From contig CAVQBK010000003.1 in assembly GCA_963710755.1 (NCBI GenBank), positions 1,344,001 to 1,408,000 of the forward strand: 64,000 bases of DNA, in the 5' to 3' direction. The DNA is from an uncultured bacterium. Its GTDB lineage: Bacteria; Oederibacteriota; JAAXVQ01; JAUVAV01. Shown one piece after another: positions 9,792-19,750 of the stretch. Under the pieces are notes generated by a model, which was not told where the DNA came from, did not search any database, and saw nothing but the letters and a program-made list of their open reading frames with translations. The number at the start of each line of letters is the position of its first letter. Position 1 is the stretch's first letter. A program made the position numbers and the translations under genes.

Positions 9792-11714
9792 TTGTCTATT
9801 CTCGAACGACTCAATGAACCGGCTGGCTTGAGAACCCTGAGTCCGGATGAATTAAAGCAGTTGAGCCAAGAACTCAGGGAGACCATGGTCAACACCGTGG
9901 CCAAGACCGGGGGGCACCTGGCCTCTTCTTTGGGGGCGGTGGAGCTGACCCTGGCTTTGCACAAGGTTTTTCAAACCCCGGAAGACAAACTGGTTTGGGA
10001 CGTTGGTCATCAAACCTATGCACACAAGCTTATCACCGGCCGACGCGACCAATTTCACACCCTGCGCCAATACCAAGGCCTGGCCGGTTTTCCCAAACGG
10101 GAAGAAAGCATTTACGATACTTTTAACACCGGTCATTCTTCCACCTCTTTGTCAGCAGCCCTGGGCATGGCCCGGGCGCGGGACATGGCCGGTCTCAACC
10201 ACAAAGTGGTGGCCATCATCGGCGACGGTTCCTTGTCCAACGGCCTGGCTCTGGAAGCCCTTAATGATGCAGGTCACAAGAAAACAGATTTGCTGGTGGT
10301 CCTCAATGACAACAGCATGTCCATTTCTCCGGCCGTGGGCGGACTCTCCAATTATTTAAATCAGATTATTTCCGGCCGCATTTATAACCGGCTCAAACCC
10401 CAGGTGGACAAACTATTGGGGGCCATTCCCGCTGTGGGCAAGCCGGCCTTGAAACTGGCCAACTACGTGGAAGAAATGGCCAAGGGTCTGATCGTCCCGG
10501 GGCTGTTGTTCGAAGAATTGGGTTTTCGCTATTTTGGTCCGGTCAATGGTCATGATTTGGAGCAACTGGTGGAGATGTTCAGCCGGCTGCGGGCATTGTC
10601 CGGCCCGCTGCTGCTGCACGTGAAGACCAAAAAAGGCAAAGGGTTTGAATTTGCCGAAAACAATCCCGTGGCTTTCCATGGCACCCCTCAATTTGATACG
10701 GAAACAGGGGAGAGTAAAAGCTGCCAAGGTATTACTTTTTCCAACGCCTTCAGTCAGGCGCTGGTGGCGCTGGCTAAACATCAGCCCAAGGTGGTGGCCA
10801 TCGTGGCCGCCATGACGTCGGGAACAGCCATGGAGGAGTTTGCCCGGCTATATCCGGACCGTTTTTTTGACGTGGGCATTGCCGAAGGTCATGCCGTGAC
10901 CATGGCCGCCGGTTTCGCCACCCAAGGCATGAGGCCCGTGGTGGTGCTTTACAGCACCTTCTCGCAGCGCGCCTATGATATGATCGTACACGATGTCTGC
11001 CTTCAGAACCTGCCGGTGATCCTGGCCTTGGATCGCGCCGGCGTGGTAGGGGAAGACGGCCCTACCCATCATGGCGTGTTCGATATCGCCATGCTCAGGC
11101 CGCTGCCGCATATGACCATCGTGGCGCCCAGTGATGATCAGGAGATGGCGGGCCTGCTTAAAACCTGTCTGATCCATGACGGACCTGTGGCCATTCGTTA
11201 TCCCCGGGGCCTGGCCAATGCCTGCGCGCAGGAAACGGTGGCGGAGCGCATGGAAGCCATACCTCTGGGCAAGGCCAAGGTCCTGCGCAAAGGCCAGGAT
11301 GTGCTGCTTATCGGTGTGGGTCCCCTGGTGCAAACCGCCATGGAAGCAGCCCGGCAATTAAAGCAAAAAGGTATCGAAGCTGCGGTCATCAATCCCCTTA
11401 CCCTTAAACCTCTGGATGTGCGTACTTTAACCACCTGGATTAAAAAAACCAAACGGGTCATCACCATCGAGGACCATGTACAGGCCGGTGGCTTCGGCAG
11501 CAGCGTGCTGGAAATGATTAATCAGCAACCATTGCCGTCCATTCAGGTGGAGACCCTCGGTTATCCCGATCAGTTCATCGAACAGGGACCGCGGGAACTG
11601 CTCTTGAAAAAATACCATTTGGACGCAGCGGGCCTCGTGGCTGCGGCGGTGAAGATGTGCACTTCGTCCACCGCGGGCAAAAGGACCAAAAAGGCAGTGA
11701 CCCTACCGGCATGA
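9792..11714 (+). CDS. dxs: 1-deoxy-D-xylulose-5-phosphate synthase
   Basis: GGHLASSLG, WDVGHQ, GHSSTS, GDG..N, FDVGIAE, GEDGPTH. Confidence 0.97.
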   Translation: MSILERLNEPAGLRTLSPDELKQLSQELRETMVNTVAKTGGHLASSLGAVELTLALHKVFQTPEDKLVWDVGHQTYAHKLITGRRDQFHTLRQYQGLAGFPKREESIYDTFNTGHSSTSLSAALGMARARDMAGLNHKVVAIIGDGSLSNGLALEALNDAGHKKTDLLVVLNDNSMSISPAVGGLSNYLNQIISGRIYNRLKPQVDKLLGAIPAVGKPALKLANYVEEMAKGLIVPGLLFEELGFRYFGPVNGHDLEQLVEMFSRLRALSGPLLLHVKTKKGKGFEFAENNPVAFHGTPQFDTETGESKSCQGITFSNAFSQALVALAKHQPKVVAIVAAMTSGTAMEEFARLYPDRFFDVGIAEGHAVTMAAGFATQGMRPVVVLYSTFSQRAYDMIVHDVCLQNLPVILALDRAGVVGEDGPTHHGVFDIAMLRPLPHMTIVAPSDDQEMAGLLKTCLIHDGPVAIRYPRGLANACAQETVAERMEAIPLGKAKVLRKGQDVLLIGVGPLVQTAMEAARQLKQKGIEAAVINPLTLKPLDVRTLTTWIKKTKRVITIEDHVQAGGFGSSVLEMINQQPLPSIQVETLGYPDQFIEQGPRELLLKKYHLDAAGLVAAAVKMCTSSTAGKRTKKAVTLPA

Positions 11715-12460
11715 GCGCGGTGAAGAAAGTTCGTCTCGATCAATTGGCCGTGGAAAAAGGACTCTTTGCTTCCCGGTCCCAGGCTCAGGCCGCCATCATG
11801 GCCGGCGAGCTTTTTTCTAATGGTCAGTTGATGGCCAAACCCGGTCAGATGGTCAAACCCGAAATCTCCCTTTCCTTTAAATCCAAACGCCTGCGCTATG
11901 TGGGCCGGGGCGGGTATAAACTGGAAGGAGCACTTAAAGATTTTAAACTGGCCGTGGTTAATTGGAACTGCCTCGATGTGGGGTCCTCCACCGGGGGATT
12001 CACAGACGTACTGCTTAAAAACGGTGCTCACCATGTCTGTTGTGTGGATGTTGGCAAAGGCCAGTTGGATATAAACCTGAGAAACGACGAGCGGGTGACG
12101 GTGATGGAAGGAGTCAACGCCCGCTATTTAACCCCTGACGATGTGCCCGGTCCCTTTGATCTGGCGGTGATTGACGTTTCCTTTATTTCTCTGAAAAAGA
12201 TATTGCCGGTTATCGCACCTTTGGTAAAATCACGTAAGGGTTATATCCTGGCCTTGATCAAGCCCCAGTTTGAAGTGGGGCCTGCGGCCATTGGCAAAGG
12301 CGGTATTGTGCGGGACAAAAAAGCCCGCGATCTGGCCGTGCAGCATGTCCTTGAAGAGGTGTCCTTTATGGGATTAAAAAAAATAGGGGTTAAACCGAGT
12401 TGCATCAAAGGCACGGACGGCAACCAGGAATTCCTGGCATTAATGGAGCGGATTCAATGA
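11711..12460 (+). CDS. tlyA: TlyA-family rRNA 2'-O-methyltransferase
   Basis: S4 domain (RLDQL), GRGGYKL, DVGSSTGGFTD, DVSFISL, LIKPQFE, GNQEF. Confidence 0.93.
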   Translation: MSAVKKVRLDQLAVEKGLFASRSQAQAAIMAGELFSNGQLMAKPGQMVKPEISLSFKSKRLRYVGRGGYKLEGALKDFKLAVVNWNCLDVGSSTGGFTDVLLKNGAHHVCCVDVGKGQLDINLRNDERVTVMEGVNARYLTPDDVPGPFDLAVIDVSFISLKKILPVIAPLVKSRKGYILALIKPQFEVGPAAIGKGGIVRDKKARDLAVQHVLEEVSFMGLKKIGVKPSCIKGTDGNQEFLALMERIQ

Positions 12461-14157
12461 TCGTAGAAATTAATGTGCAAAATATCGCCCTTATTTCAGA
12501 ACTTTCCTTTCAGCCTTTCAGCGGTATGACGGTATTAACCGGCGAAACCGGAGCCGGTAAATCCATTCTGCTTGGCGCCCTGTCCCTGCTGTTGGGAGAA
12601 CGGGCCAATATGGATCTGATTCGTACCAATTGTGAAACTGCCATGGTGGAAGGGTTGTTCGATACCAATGGTCTGGAGCGTCTGCCGGCCTGGCTGGAGG
12701 AAAACGGGCTGCCGCCCTGTGATGAGGGTATGCTGTTGATCAAACGCGTACTTTACCGCAATGGCCGGGGCAAGTGTTACGTCAACGGCGGTCTGACCAC
12801 TTTGGCCAACCTAGAAGTCCTGGGCAACAGTCTGGTTGATTTGCACGGCCAGCATGCTCACCAATCGCTGATGCACAAAGAAGAACAGCGTAATCTGCTA
12901 GACCGTTGGGCGAGCCTGGACAAGGTGCTCCAGGAAGTGGGACAGACCTACCAACAATTGAAAAAAAGCCGGGATGCCCGCGCTCAACTCAGCCTGGATG
13001 AGGCGGAGCGGTCGCGGCGCATGGACATGCTTGATTTCCAAATCCAGGAGATTGATCGTGCCGAACTCAAGTCTGGGGAAATGGCGCAACTAAGTGAAGA
13101 GCGGGGCAAGCTCATGCATGCGGAGCGCTTGATGAGCACGGTTCAGTCCTGTCTGGAGCGGCTCCACCGGCAGGAAGAAGGTGCGGTGCACGACGGCCTG
13201 TCCACCACGGCCCAAGCCCTGGCTGATGTTGCGGACTATGACCCGGCCATGGGTGCTTTGGCCGATGATTTGCATAGTGCCGAAGCCCTGGTGGATGACG
13301 TGGTGAGCCGGCTCAATGATTTTAGTGAGTCCTTTGAAGCTGATCCCCAGCGATTGGAATGGATTGAAGAGCGTCTGGATCTGATGCAAAAACTGATGCG
13401 CAAGTACGGGGGCTCGGAAGAAGCTGTACTGGCTTTTCGGGAGCAGGCTGCGCAGGAACTGGAAAATTTAAATCTTCAGGATTCGCACCTGGAACACCTG
13501 GCTGCAGAAGAAAAAAAACATGCTGACCGTTTGGCTGACCTGACCCAACGGCTTTCATTGGCCAGAACCAGGGCGGGTCAATTGCTGTCTCAACAAATGC
13601 AGGTGGAACTAAAATCTTTGGGGTTTCAGCAAGCTTCTTTTCAGGTGGAGGTCACGCCCAGGGAAGATGATAACGGATGGATTAAGTGGGGCGAGAGGCG
13701 CTTGAAATGCGGTCCTCAGGGGGTGGATGAGGTGGAGTTTTTGATCGCCCCCAATCCGGGCGAAGCCCCCAAACCCGTGGCCAAGACCGCTTCCGGTGGG
13801 GAGTTGTCGAGGATCATGCTGGCCATCAAGGTGATTGCCGCAGCCGCGGCCACGGTGCCGACCATGATTTTTGATGAAGTTGATGCCGGAATTGGTGGTG
13901 CTACCGCCGAGGCTGTAGGCAAGCGGCTGGCCCTGTTAGCTGCAAAACGGCAAGTCATCGTGATCTCCCATTTGCCTCAGATTGCCCGCTTTGCGCAAAA
14001 ACATTTTCTGGTCACCAAAAACGTGGTCCAAGGCCGCACCACCACCAAGGTGTTGCCATTGGATCAGGATCAACGAATCCATGAAATGGCCCGTTTGCTG
14101 GCTGGCGACAACATCACGGAGACCGCTTTAAAACATGCGCGGGAGCTGGTGGAATAG
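12457..14157 (+). CDS. recN: DNA repair protein RecN
   Basis: Walker A TGETGAGKS, HGQH, ASGGELSR, IFDEVDAG, SHLPQ. Confidence 0.96.
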   Translation: MIVEINVQNIALISELSFQPFSGMTVLTGETGAGKSILLGALSLLLGERANMDLIRTNCETAMVEGLFDTNGLERLPAWLEENGLPPCDEGMLLIKRVLYRNGRGKCYVNGGLTTLANLEVLGNSLVDLHGQHAHQSLMHKEEQRNLLDRWASLDKVLQEVGQTYQQLKKSRDARAQLSLDEAERSRRMDMLDFQIQEIDRAELKSGEMAQLSEERGKLMHAERLMSTVQSCLERLHRQEEGAVHDGLSTTAQALADVADYDPAMGALADDLHSAEALVDDVVSRLNDFSESFEADPQRLEWIEERLDLMQKLMRKYGGSEEAVLAFREQAAQELENLNLQDSHLEHLAAEEKKHADRLADLTQRLSLARTRAGQLLSQQMQVELKSLGFQQASFQVEVTPREDDNGWIKWGERRLKCGPQGVDEVEFLIAPNPGEAPKPVAKTASGGELSRIMLAIKVIAAAAATVPTMIFDEVDAGIGGATAEAVGKRLALLAAKRQVIVISHLPQIARFAQKHFLVTKNVVQGRTTTKVLPLDQDQRIHEMARLLAGDNITETALKHARELVE

Positions 14158-14263
14158 CGGGGGTTGGCTTTCACAAAAATGGCGGTTTTTGCAGTAATAA
14201 TCAGTTAAAGAGCACGGTCTGAAGCGGTATTATAAGGACGGGAGGATGGCTCCGGTTAAACCC

Positions 14264-14293
14264 TTGACCCCTCTTAAAAGAGCATGCTAAAGT
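14264..14293 (+). promoter_or_regulatory. Putative sigma70 promoter of the oxidoreductase operon
   Basis: TTGACC-18nt-TAAAGT with extended -10 TG. Confidence 0.4.
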
Positions 14294-14322
14294 TGAACAC
14301 CTTTTTTGGTAAGGAGAAAAAA

Positions 14323-14538
14323 ATGTTGTATCGTATTACAGTGGATCCTGAGAAATGCAAGAGCTGCAGTTTGTGCATCGCAGCCTGTCCCAAGCATATC
14401 ATGAGCCTATCAGACAAAACCAACAGCCGTGGTTTTGAAGTGGTGGAATGTGTGGACCTTTCCCAATGCATCGGCTGCAAAGCCTGCGCGGAAGTCTGCC
14501 CGGAAGTGGCCATTGAGATCACGAAGGAGAATGAGTGA
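14323..14538 (+). CDS. 2[4Fe-4S] ferredoxin, delta subunit of 2-oxoacid:ferredoxin oxidoreductase
   Basis: Two CxxCxxCxxxCP motifs; AAGGAG RBS. Confidence 0.9.
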   Translation: MLYRITVDPEKCKSCSLCIAACPKHIMSLSDKTNSRGFEVVECVDLSQCIGCKACAEVCPEVAIEITKENE

Positions 14539-15632
14539 TGGCAGAGGCAAAATTGATTAAAGGCAACGAAGCCATGGCCGAAGCGGCCATCCAGGCTGGT
14601 TGCCGGTTTTATTTCGGTTATCCCATAACCCCTCAAAACGAAGTGCCTGCTTATATGTCGCGGCGCATGCCTGAAGTAGGCGGTACTTTTTTACAGGCCG
14701 AGTCGGAAATCGCGGCTGTGAACATGGTCTTTGGCGCGGCGGTGGCCGGCGCCCGGGCCATGACCTCCACCTCGTCTCCGGGCATGTCTTTAAAACAAGA
14801 AGGCATCTCTTATCTGGCCGGCTGCGAATTACCGGCGGTGATCGCCAATGTGCAGCGCGGCGGTCCGGGCCTGGGTCATATCGCGCCTTCCCAGGCGGAC
14901 TATTGGCAATCCACCCGCGGCGGCGGCCACGGTGATTATCATTGCATCGTGCTGGGACCGCATACCGTACAAGAACTCATCGGCCTGACCATGGATGCCT
15001 TTGATCTGGCTGACCTCTACCGCCTGCCGGTCATTATATTAAGCGACGGCCTGCTGGGGCAGATGATGGAAAAAGCCTTTTTTCCTGATCGCCAGGTGCA
15101 ACAGCGCCAGGGATTCTTAAAAGGCCGGGCTCTGCCTGACAAGACTTGGGCCTTGACCGGCGCCAAAGGCCGGCCGCCGCAGCTCATCCGATCTTTGCTC
15201 ATGGCACCAGGCGCTTTGGAAGCGCACAATTATCATCTGGCTGATAAATATGCTGCCATCGAGCGCCAGGAAACAGCAGTTGAGATGGTGGACTGTGATG
15301 ATGCGGACCTGGTGATAGCAGCCTACGGCTCGAGCGCGCGCATTGCCAAAAGCGCTCTTGCCACGCTCAGGCAGCAAGGGGTTAAAGTAGGACTCTTCCG
15401 GCCCATTACCCTCTGGCCTTTTCCGTCCGAGGCCTTGGCCAAGCTTGTCAACGCCAAAAGGAAATTCCTGGTGGTGGAAATGAGCATGGGCCAATTCGCC
15501 CAGGACGTGAAACTGGCGGTGGCCAGGGAGCGGGCACTCAAGGATGTGGTAATCTCGGAAATGCATTTTCCCGGCGGCCGGGTACCGACACCTGAAGAGA
15601 TTGTGGATCAGGCCAGGGAGGTGTTGAAATGA
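14538..15632 (+). CDS. vorB: 2-oxoacid:ferredoxin oxidoreductase alpha subunit (VorB-like)
   Basis: KGNEAMAEAA, GYPITPQ, QAESE, SPGMSLKQE, RGGPGLG. Confidence 0.85.
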   Translation: MAEAKLIKGNEAMAEAAIQAGCRFYFGYPITPQNEVPAYMSRRMPEVGGTFLQAESEIAAVNMVFGAAVAGARAMTSTSSPGMSLKQEGISYLAGCELPAVIANVQRGGPGLGHIAPSQADYWQSTRGGGHGDYHCIVLGPHTVQELIGLTMDAFDLADLYRLPVIILSDGLLGQMMEKAFFPDRQVQQRQGFLKGRALPDKTWALTGAKGRPPQLIRSLLMAPGALEAHNYHLADKYAAIERQETAVEMVDCDDADLVIAAYGSSARIAKSALATLRQQGVKVGLFRPITLWPFPSEALAKLVNAKRKFLVVEMSMGQFAQDVKLAVARERALKDVVISEMHFPGGRVPTPEEIVDQAREVLK

Positions 15633-16384
15633 CCACGAACCTTTTTCAACGGACAGAAGGATTAAAAGATACGGTTACCTCTTACTGTGCTGGCTGCGGA
15701 CACGGGGTGGCTCATCGCCTGCTGGCGGAAGTGGTGACGGAACTGGGCGCCCGCGAGCGCACGGTAGCCGTGGCGCCCGTGGGATGCGCGGTCTTTGCTT
15801 ATGATTACTGGAACTTTGATACGACCGAGTCGGCGCATGGACGCACTCCGGCTGTGGCCACGGCCATTAAACGGGTCTTGCCGGACCGGCTGGTCATCAG
15901 CTATCAAGGGGACGGCGACTTGGCCTCCATCGGCATGGCCGAGATTGTGCACGCCGCCAACCGTGGTGAAAGAATCACGGTTATATTTATCAACAACAAC
16001 AACTATGGCATGACCGGCGGCCAAATGGCCCCCACCACGTTGGTGGGGCAAGTAACCGCCACCTCGCCCTATGGCCGCAAAGAAGAGGACGTGGGCGCGC
16101 CCATCAAGATCGCCGAATTCCTGGCGACTTTGCCGGGCGTGAAGTATGCTGCCCGCGGGGCCTTGCACAAAGTGGGCCTGGTCAAAAAAGCCAAATCCTA
16201 TATCAAAGCCGCCTTGGATGTTCAGCAAGCTGGCCTGGGGTTTTCTATTGTGGAGCTTTTGTCCCTTTGTCCCACCAATTGGGGATTTGAGCCGGTGGAA
16301 GCCGGACAAAAGGTGGATGAACTGGTTATTCCTCAATTCCCCCTGGGCGTGATCAAGGATGTGCGCCAGGGAAAGGAAGGTTAA
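15629..16384 (+). CDS. 2-oxoacid:ferredoxin oxidoreductase beta (TPP-binding) subunit
   Basis: YCAGCGH, PVGC, HGR, QGDGD, YGMTGGQMAPT, CPTNW. Confidence 0.9.
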   Translation: MTTNLFQRTEGLKDTVTSYCAGCGHGVAHRLLAEVVTELGARERTVAVAPVGCAVFAYDYWNFDTTESAHGRTPAVATAIKRVLPDRLVISYQGDGDLASIGMAEIVHAANRGERITVIFINNNNYGMTGGQMAPTTLVGQVTATSPYGRKEEDVGAPIKIAEFLATLPGVKYAARGALHKVGLVKKAKSYIKAALDVQQAGLGFSIVELLSLCPTNWGFEPVEAGQKVDELVIPQFPLGVIKDVRQGKEG

Positions 16385-16387
16385 ATC

Positions 16388-16945
16388 ATGCTGGACCGCA
16401 TTATTATTGCCGGATCAGGGGGGCAGGGCATACAGTTTGCCGGTCAGTTAATCGCCTTGGCGGCTGTGACCCAAGGCCTGGAGGCCACCTATGTGCCTGC
16501 CTATGGCGCCGAGCGCCGGGGCGGAAAATCCTTTTGTACAGTGGTGGTGGGTGATCATTTCATTAATGCGCCGGTGTTTCAAGAAGCCGATGTGCTCATA
16601 GCGCTTGATCAGCGGGCCCGAAATGAATATGGCCGTATGGTCAAAGACACAGGAATTATTTTGGCCGACAAGACGCTGGCGCCGCAACCCGCCGATCAGG
16701 AAAGTGCGCGCGTACTGCTCATCGATGCCTACGACCAATCCTTGCCCCTGCGACAGGACAAGAAAACCTCAGTCCAGAACCTGCTCATGCTGGGCGCTTA
16801 TGTGGGCCTGGGCCGGGGTGTGACGATGGAGTCGGTTAAACAAGTGCTGGAACAAAAATCCCGTAAAAAACCGCATTTGCTTCAATCCAACTTAAAAGCT
16901 TTGGACCTGGGCGCAGCCATGACCGTTGTGGGACAAACTTTATGA
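16388..16945 (+). CDS. 2-oxoacid:ferredoxin oxidoreductase gamma subunit
   Basis: AGSGGQG, YGAERRGG, N..MLGA. Confidence 0.88.
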   Translation: MLDRIIIAGSGGQGIQFAGQLIALAAVTQGLEATYVPAYGAERRGGKSFCTVVVGDHFINAPVFQEADVLIALDQRARNEYGRMVKDTGIILADKTLAPQPADQESARVLLIDAYDQSLPLRQDKKTSVQNLLMLGAYVGLGRGVTMESVKQVLEQKSRKKPHLLQSNLKALDLGAAMTVVGQTL

Positions 16946-17397
16946 TTAGAAAAGCCACCATCAAGGACGCCAAAGGCATCCACAAACTCATTAACAGCCG
17001 CGCACAGATGCAGGAAATGCTGGCCAGGCCTTTATCGGAAATTTATGAAAACATTCGCGATTATTATGTGGCCGTGGAAAAGGGCAAAGTCGTGGGCGTG
17101 GCTGGGCTGCATATCAATTGGGAAAACCTGGCGGAAGTTAAATCGGTGGCTGTAGATCAACACCGTCAGGGTCAGGGCTTGGGCAAGGCCTTGGTGGACG
17201 CTTGCCTGGAAGAAGGCAAAAGCCTAAAAGTGAGTTCCTTCTACGCCCTAACCTATGTTCCCGGTTTTTTCAAGAAACTGGGATTTAAGCGCATCAACCG
17301 TAACACCCTGCCGCACAAAGTGTGGAATGAGTGCATCAAATGCCCTCATTTTCCTAACTGCAACGAAATTGCCATGCTGCTGGATGCCAAAAAATAA
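16942..17397 (+). CDS. GNAT N-acetyltransferase (short ArgA-like)
   Basis: IYENIRD, LAEVKSVAV, QGQGLG, LPHKVWNECIKCP. Confidence 0.85.
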   Translation: MIRKATIKDAKGIHKLINSRAQMQEMLARPLSEIYENIRDYYVAVEKGKVVGVAGLHINWENLAEVKSVAVDQHRQGQGLGKALVDACLEEGKSLKVSSFYALTYVPGFFKKLGFKRINRNTLPHKVWNECIKCPHFPNCNEIAMLLDAKK

Positions 17398-17399
17398 TC

Positions 17400-17427
17400 T
17401 TGACATTAGCCTGAAAAACAGTATTAT
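17400..17427 (+). promoter_or_regulatory. Putative sigma70 promoter for the tRNA genes
   Basis: TTGACA-16nt-TATTAT. Confidence 0.45.
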
Positions 17428-17534
17428 TTAACCTCCTTGAACCAATCTGTATTGTACTAAAAAGACCATTGCGGCCAACGGACCATCCTCGAAATGGGTT
17501 GGGGATAGGGAAATGAGCTGCTCACAGGGTTTGC

Positions 17535-17611
17535 GGGCGAATAGCTCAGTTGGTTAGAGCACCTGCCTTACAAGCAGGGGGTCACAGGTTCGAGTCCTGT
17601 TTCGCCCACCA
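17535..17611 (+). tRNA. tRNA-Val(TAC)
   Basis: 77-nt cloverleaf GGGCGAA..TTCGCCC-ACCA; anticodon loop CTTACAA; T-arm GTTCGAGTC. Confidence 0.97.
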
Positions 17612-17629
17612 GGATTTTTGAGTTAACCT

Positions 17630-17710
17630 CAGGACGAGAACCTGAGGGGGTATGGGGGAGAGGCTCCCCCATGTAGTCGGGGTGACAGTCCTGCTTTACC
17701 CACCATGATT
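17630..17710 (+). repeat. tRNA-linked mini element (inverted T-arm copy, hairpin, degenerate tRNA 3' end)
   Basis: CAGGACGAGAACCTG resembles the reverse complement of the Val T-arm; hairpin ATGGGGGAGAGGCTCCCCCAT; 17687-17710 matches 17593-17616 at 20/24. Confidence 0.65.
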
Positions 17711-17810
17711 TTCGCCATTAGCGAAAATCCTAGGCCTGAATTATTTCAGGACGATCGACTGTCGATTTTATTCTTTTCGAAAATCGATTAACTCACATAC
17801 GTTTATCTCC

Positions 17811-17887
17811 GGGGTCGTAGCTCAGTTGGTTAGAGCGCCTGCCTGTCACGCAGGAGGTCGCGAGTTCGAGTCTCGTCGGCCCCGCCA
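17811..17887 (+). tRNA. tRNA-Asp(GTC)
   Basis: 77-nt cloverleaf GGGGTCG..CGGCCCC-GCCA; anticodon loop CTGTCAC. Confidence 0.97.
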
Positions 17888-17891
17888 GTAT

Positions 17892-17929
17892 AAAAAAAGG
17901 CCAGTCCTTATTGGACTGGCCTTTTTTTA
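17892..17929 (+). terminator. Rho-independent (bidirectional-type) terminator
   Basis: A-run, GGCCAGTCC-TTATT-GGACTGGCC, T-run. Confidence 0.85.
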
Positions 17930-17948
17930 TACTGATAAAGATGGAAGA

Positions 17949-17989
17949 GAGACTCGAACTCAAGGGGCATGGGGGAGAGGCTCCCCCAT
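17949..17989 (+). repeat. tRNA-linked mini element downstream of tRNA-Asp
   Basis: GAGACTCGAACTC is the exact reverse complement of the Asp T-arm GAGTTCGAGTCTC; same 21-bp hairpin as 17652-17672. Confidence 0.65.
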
Positions 17990-18395
17990 CAGGAAATCAT
18001 TTTCTGTAGGGGCCTATGGCCAGTCTTCGCTAAAGCTACGCCATGGCAAGCAGTATGCCCCTGCCAATGAAATTTATTTACGCAACATCCGTAGATAATC
18101 CGAATGCAGCCTCTAATATCCGCAATCTTGATCAGCCTTATATATTGATTATTGTAATTTGTTTTATTTACCGTACAATAGGTTTATGACCTTTGAAACC
18201 TTTAGACAAGTTGTCGAAGACGCCGTTAACACCATACCGGAAGAATTCACGAAAATATTGGATGCTGAAGGTGTTCCGATTATTGCACGCGAAAATGTTC
18301 CGGAGCGGGTACATGAGCTTTTTCCCAATAGTACGGTCTTTGGTATTTTTATTGGTGTGCCGATAAATCAACGCAATACCTTTGCCGTGCAACTG

Positions 18396-19750
18396 GGCAG
18401 TGTAAAATAAAGTTCGCAATTTAAGTTTTGTATAAAAAAGAAGCCATCGTAGACTAAGTGTTCGGAAAAACACCCCCACAAGGAGGAAGTCATACGATGG
18501 CCAAGAGAAATGATAGCGAGATTTTCAAGAGAATACTAGTAGATTTTGTAGGAGAAGAAGACCCGCTGATGAGCATGCTGCAATGGACTACGGATCAATT
18601 GATGCGGATAGAGGCGGAAGCCAAGGTAGGCGCAGCCAAGGGCAGCCATAGCAGTGAAAGGACGACCCATTTTTCTGGAAAACGTGTACGCCGCTTTGAT
18701 ACCCGCCTGGGAACGATGTACCTGCTGGTCCCCAAGTTAAGAAAAGGGGGCTATGTGCCCTTTTTTGTCAGTGAACGCAAGCGCTCTGAGCAGGCCTTGG
18801 TCGCCTTGGTCCAGGAAGCCTATATCAACGGCGTCTCGACCAGGAAAATCGACCGCCTAGCCAAAAGTTTGGGGATAGAGCGCATTTCTGCCGGTCAGGT
18901 ATCGGCACTGAACAAGGGCCTTAACGAACAAGTAGAAGAATACCGTAATCGGCCATTGGCGGCGATCTATCCATTTATCTGGGTGGACGCGCTGTATGAA
19001 AAAGTACGGCTCGATGGAGAAATCCTGCCTGTAGCGGTGATGGTGGCCTTTGGCATCAATGAGTCGGGAAAACGAGAAATATTAGGGATAGAACCGATGA
19101 TGGATGAATCGGCAGAGAATTGGAAAGCCTTTTTGTGCAAACTTAAGTCCAGGGGTCTCAAAAAGGCGGCCATGTTCATCAGTGATGCCAATAGAGGGCT
19201 CCAGAAAGCGCTGAGTGAAGAAATGACAGGCTGCAAATGGCAGAGATGTAAAGTCCACTTTATGAGAAACATCATGGCAACGGTACCAGGCAAAGGCAAG
19301 TATCGGTTTGCCGAGCGGCTGAAACAAATCTGGCTGCAACCAGACAAGGAAAGTGCCATGGAAATGGCCGGGCAATTGATAGCAGCCTATGAAAAACGGT
19401 ATCCAGAGGCCATCAGCTGCCTAGAGGAAGGTCTGGAGGACTCCTTGCAATTTTATACTCATGCTGAAATTGACAAGCGTAAGATAGCCTCCACCAATGT
19501 ATTGGAACGCTTAAATAAGGAAATCCGGCGCCGCAGCCGGGTGGTGGGCATTTTCCCAAACCTGGATGCTTACATTCGGTTGCTGACCAGCTATCTGATT
19601 GAATACAGCGAAGATTGGGAGACGGATAGGAGCTATATCAAGGCTGATAGACTGGCAAGCATTTGCCAGGTTAAAGCGCAACAGAAACTAAAAAAGGCGG
19701 CTTGACACAAAGGCTGCGATGGCAAATTGCGAACTTATATTGACATGACC
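18396..19750 (+). mobile_element. IS256-family insertion sequence (1355 bp)
   Basis: Imperfect TIRs GGCAGTGTAAAATAAAGTTCGCAATTT / AAATTGCGAACTTATATTGACATGACC; 8-bp TSD TGCAACTG at 18388-18395 and 19751-19758. Confidence 0.95.
18497..19705 (+). CDS. IS256-family DDE transposase
   Basis: VPKLRKG, GVSTRK, WVDALYEKVR, ISDA..GL, WQRCKVHFMRN, STNVLERLNKEIRRR; AGGAGG RBS. Confidence 0.96.
   Translation: MAKRNDSEIFKRILVDFVGEEDPLMSMLQWTTDQLMRIEAEAKVGAAKGSHSSERTTHFSGKRVRRFDTRLGTMYLLVPKLRKGGYVPFFVSERKRSEQALVALVQEAYINGVSTRKIDRLAKSLGIERISAGQVSALNKGLNEQVEEYRNRPLAAIYPFIWVDALYEKVRLDGEILPVAVMVAFGINESGKREILGIEPMMDESAENWKAFLCKLKSRGLKKAAMFISDANRGLQKALSEEMTGCKWQRCKVHFMRNIMATVPGKGKYRFAERLKQIWLQPDKESAMEMAGQLIAAYEKRYPEAISCLEEGLEDSLQFYTHAEIDKRKIASTNVLERLNKEIRRRSRVVGIFPNLDAYIRLLTSYLIEYSEDWETDRSYIKADRLASICQVKAQQKLKKAA

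Noticed and set aside
17826-18098. 90-aa ORF, and the similar ORF 58196-58534
   Set aside because: They overlap tRNA-Asp or terminators; their resemblance reflects the shared non-coding element
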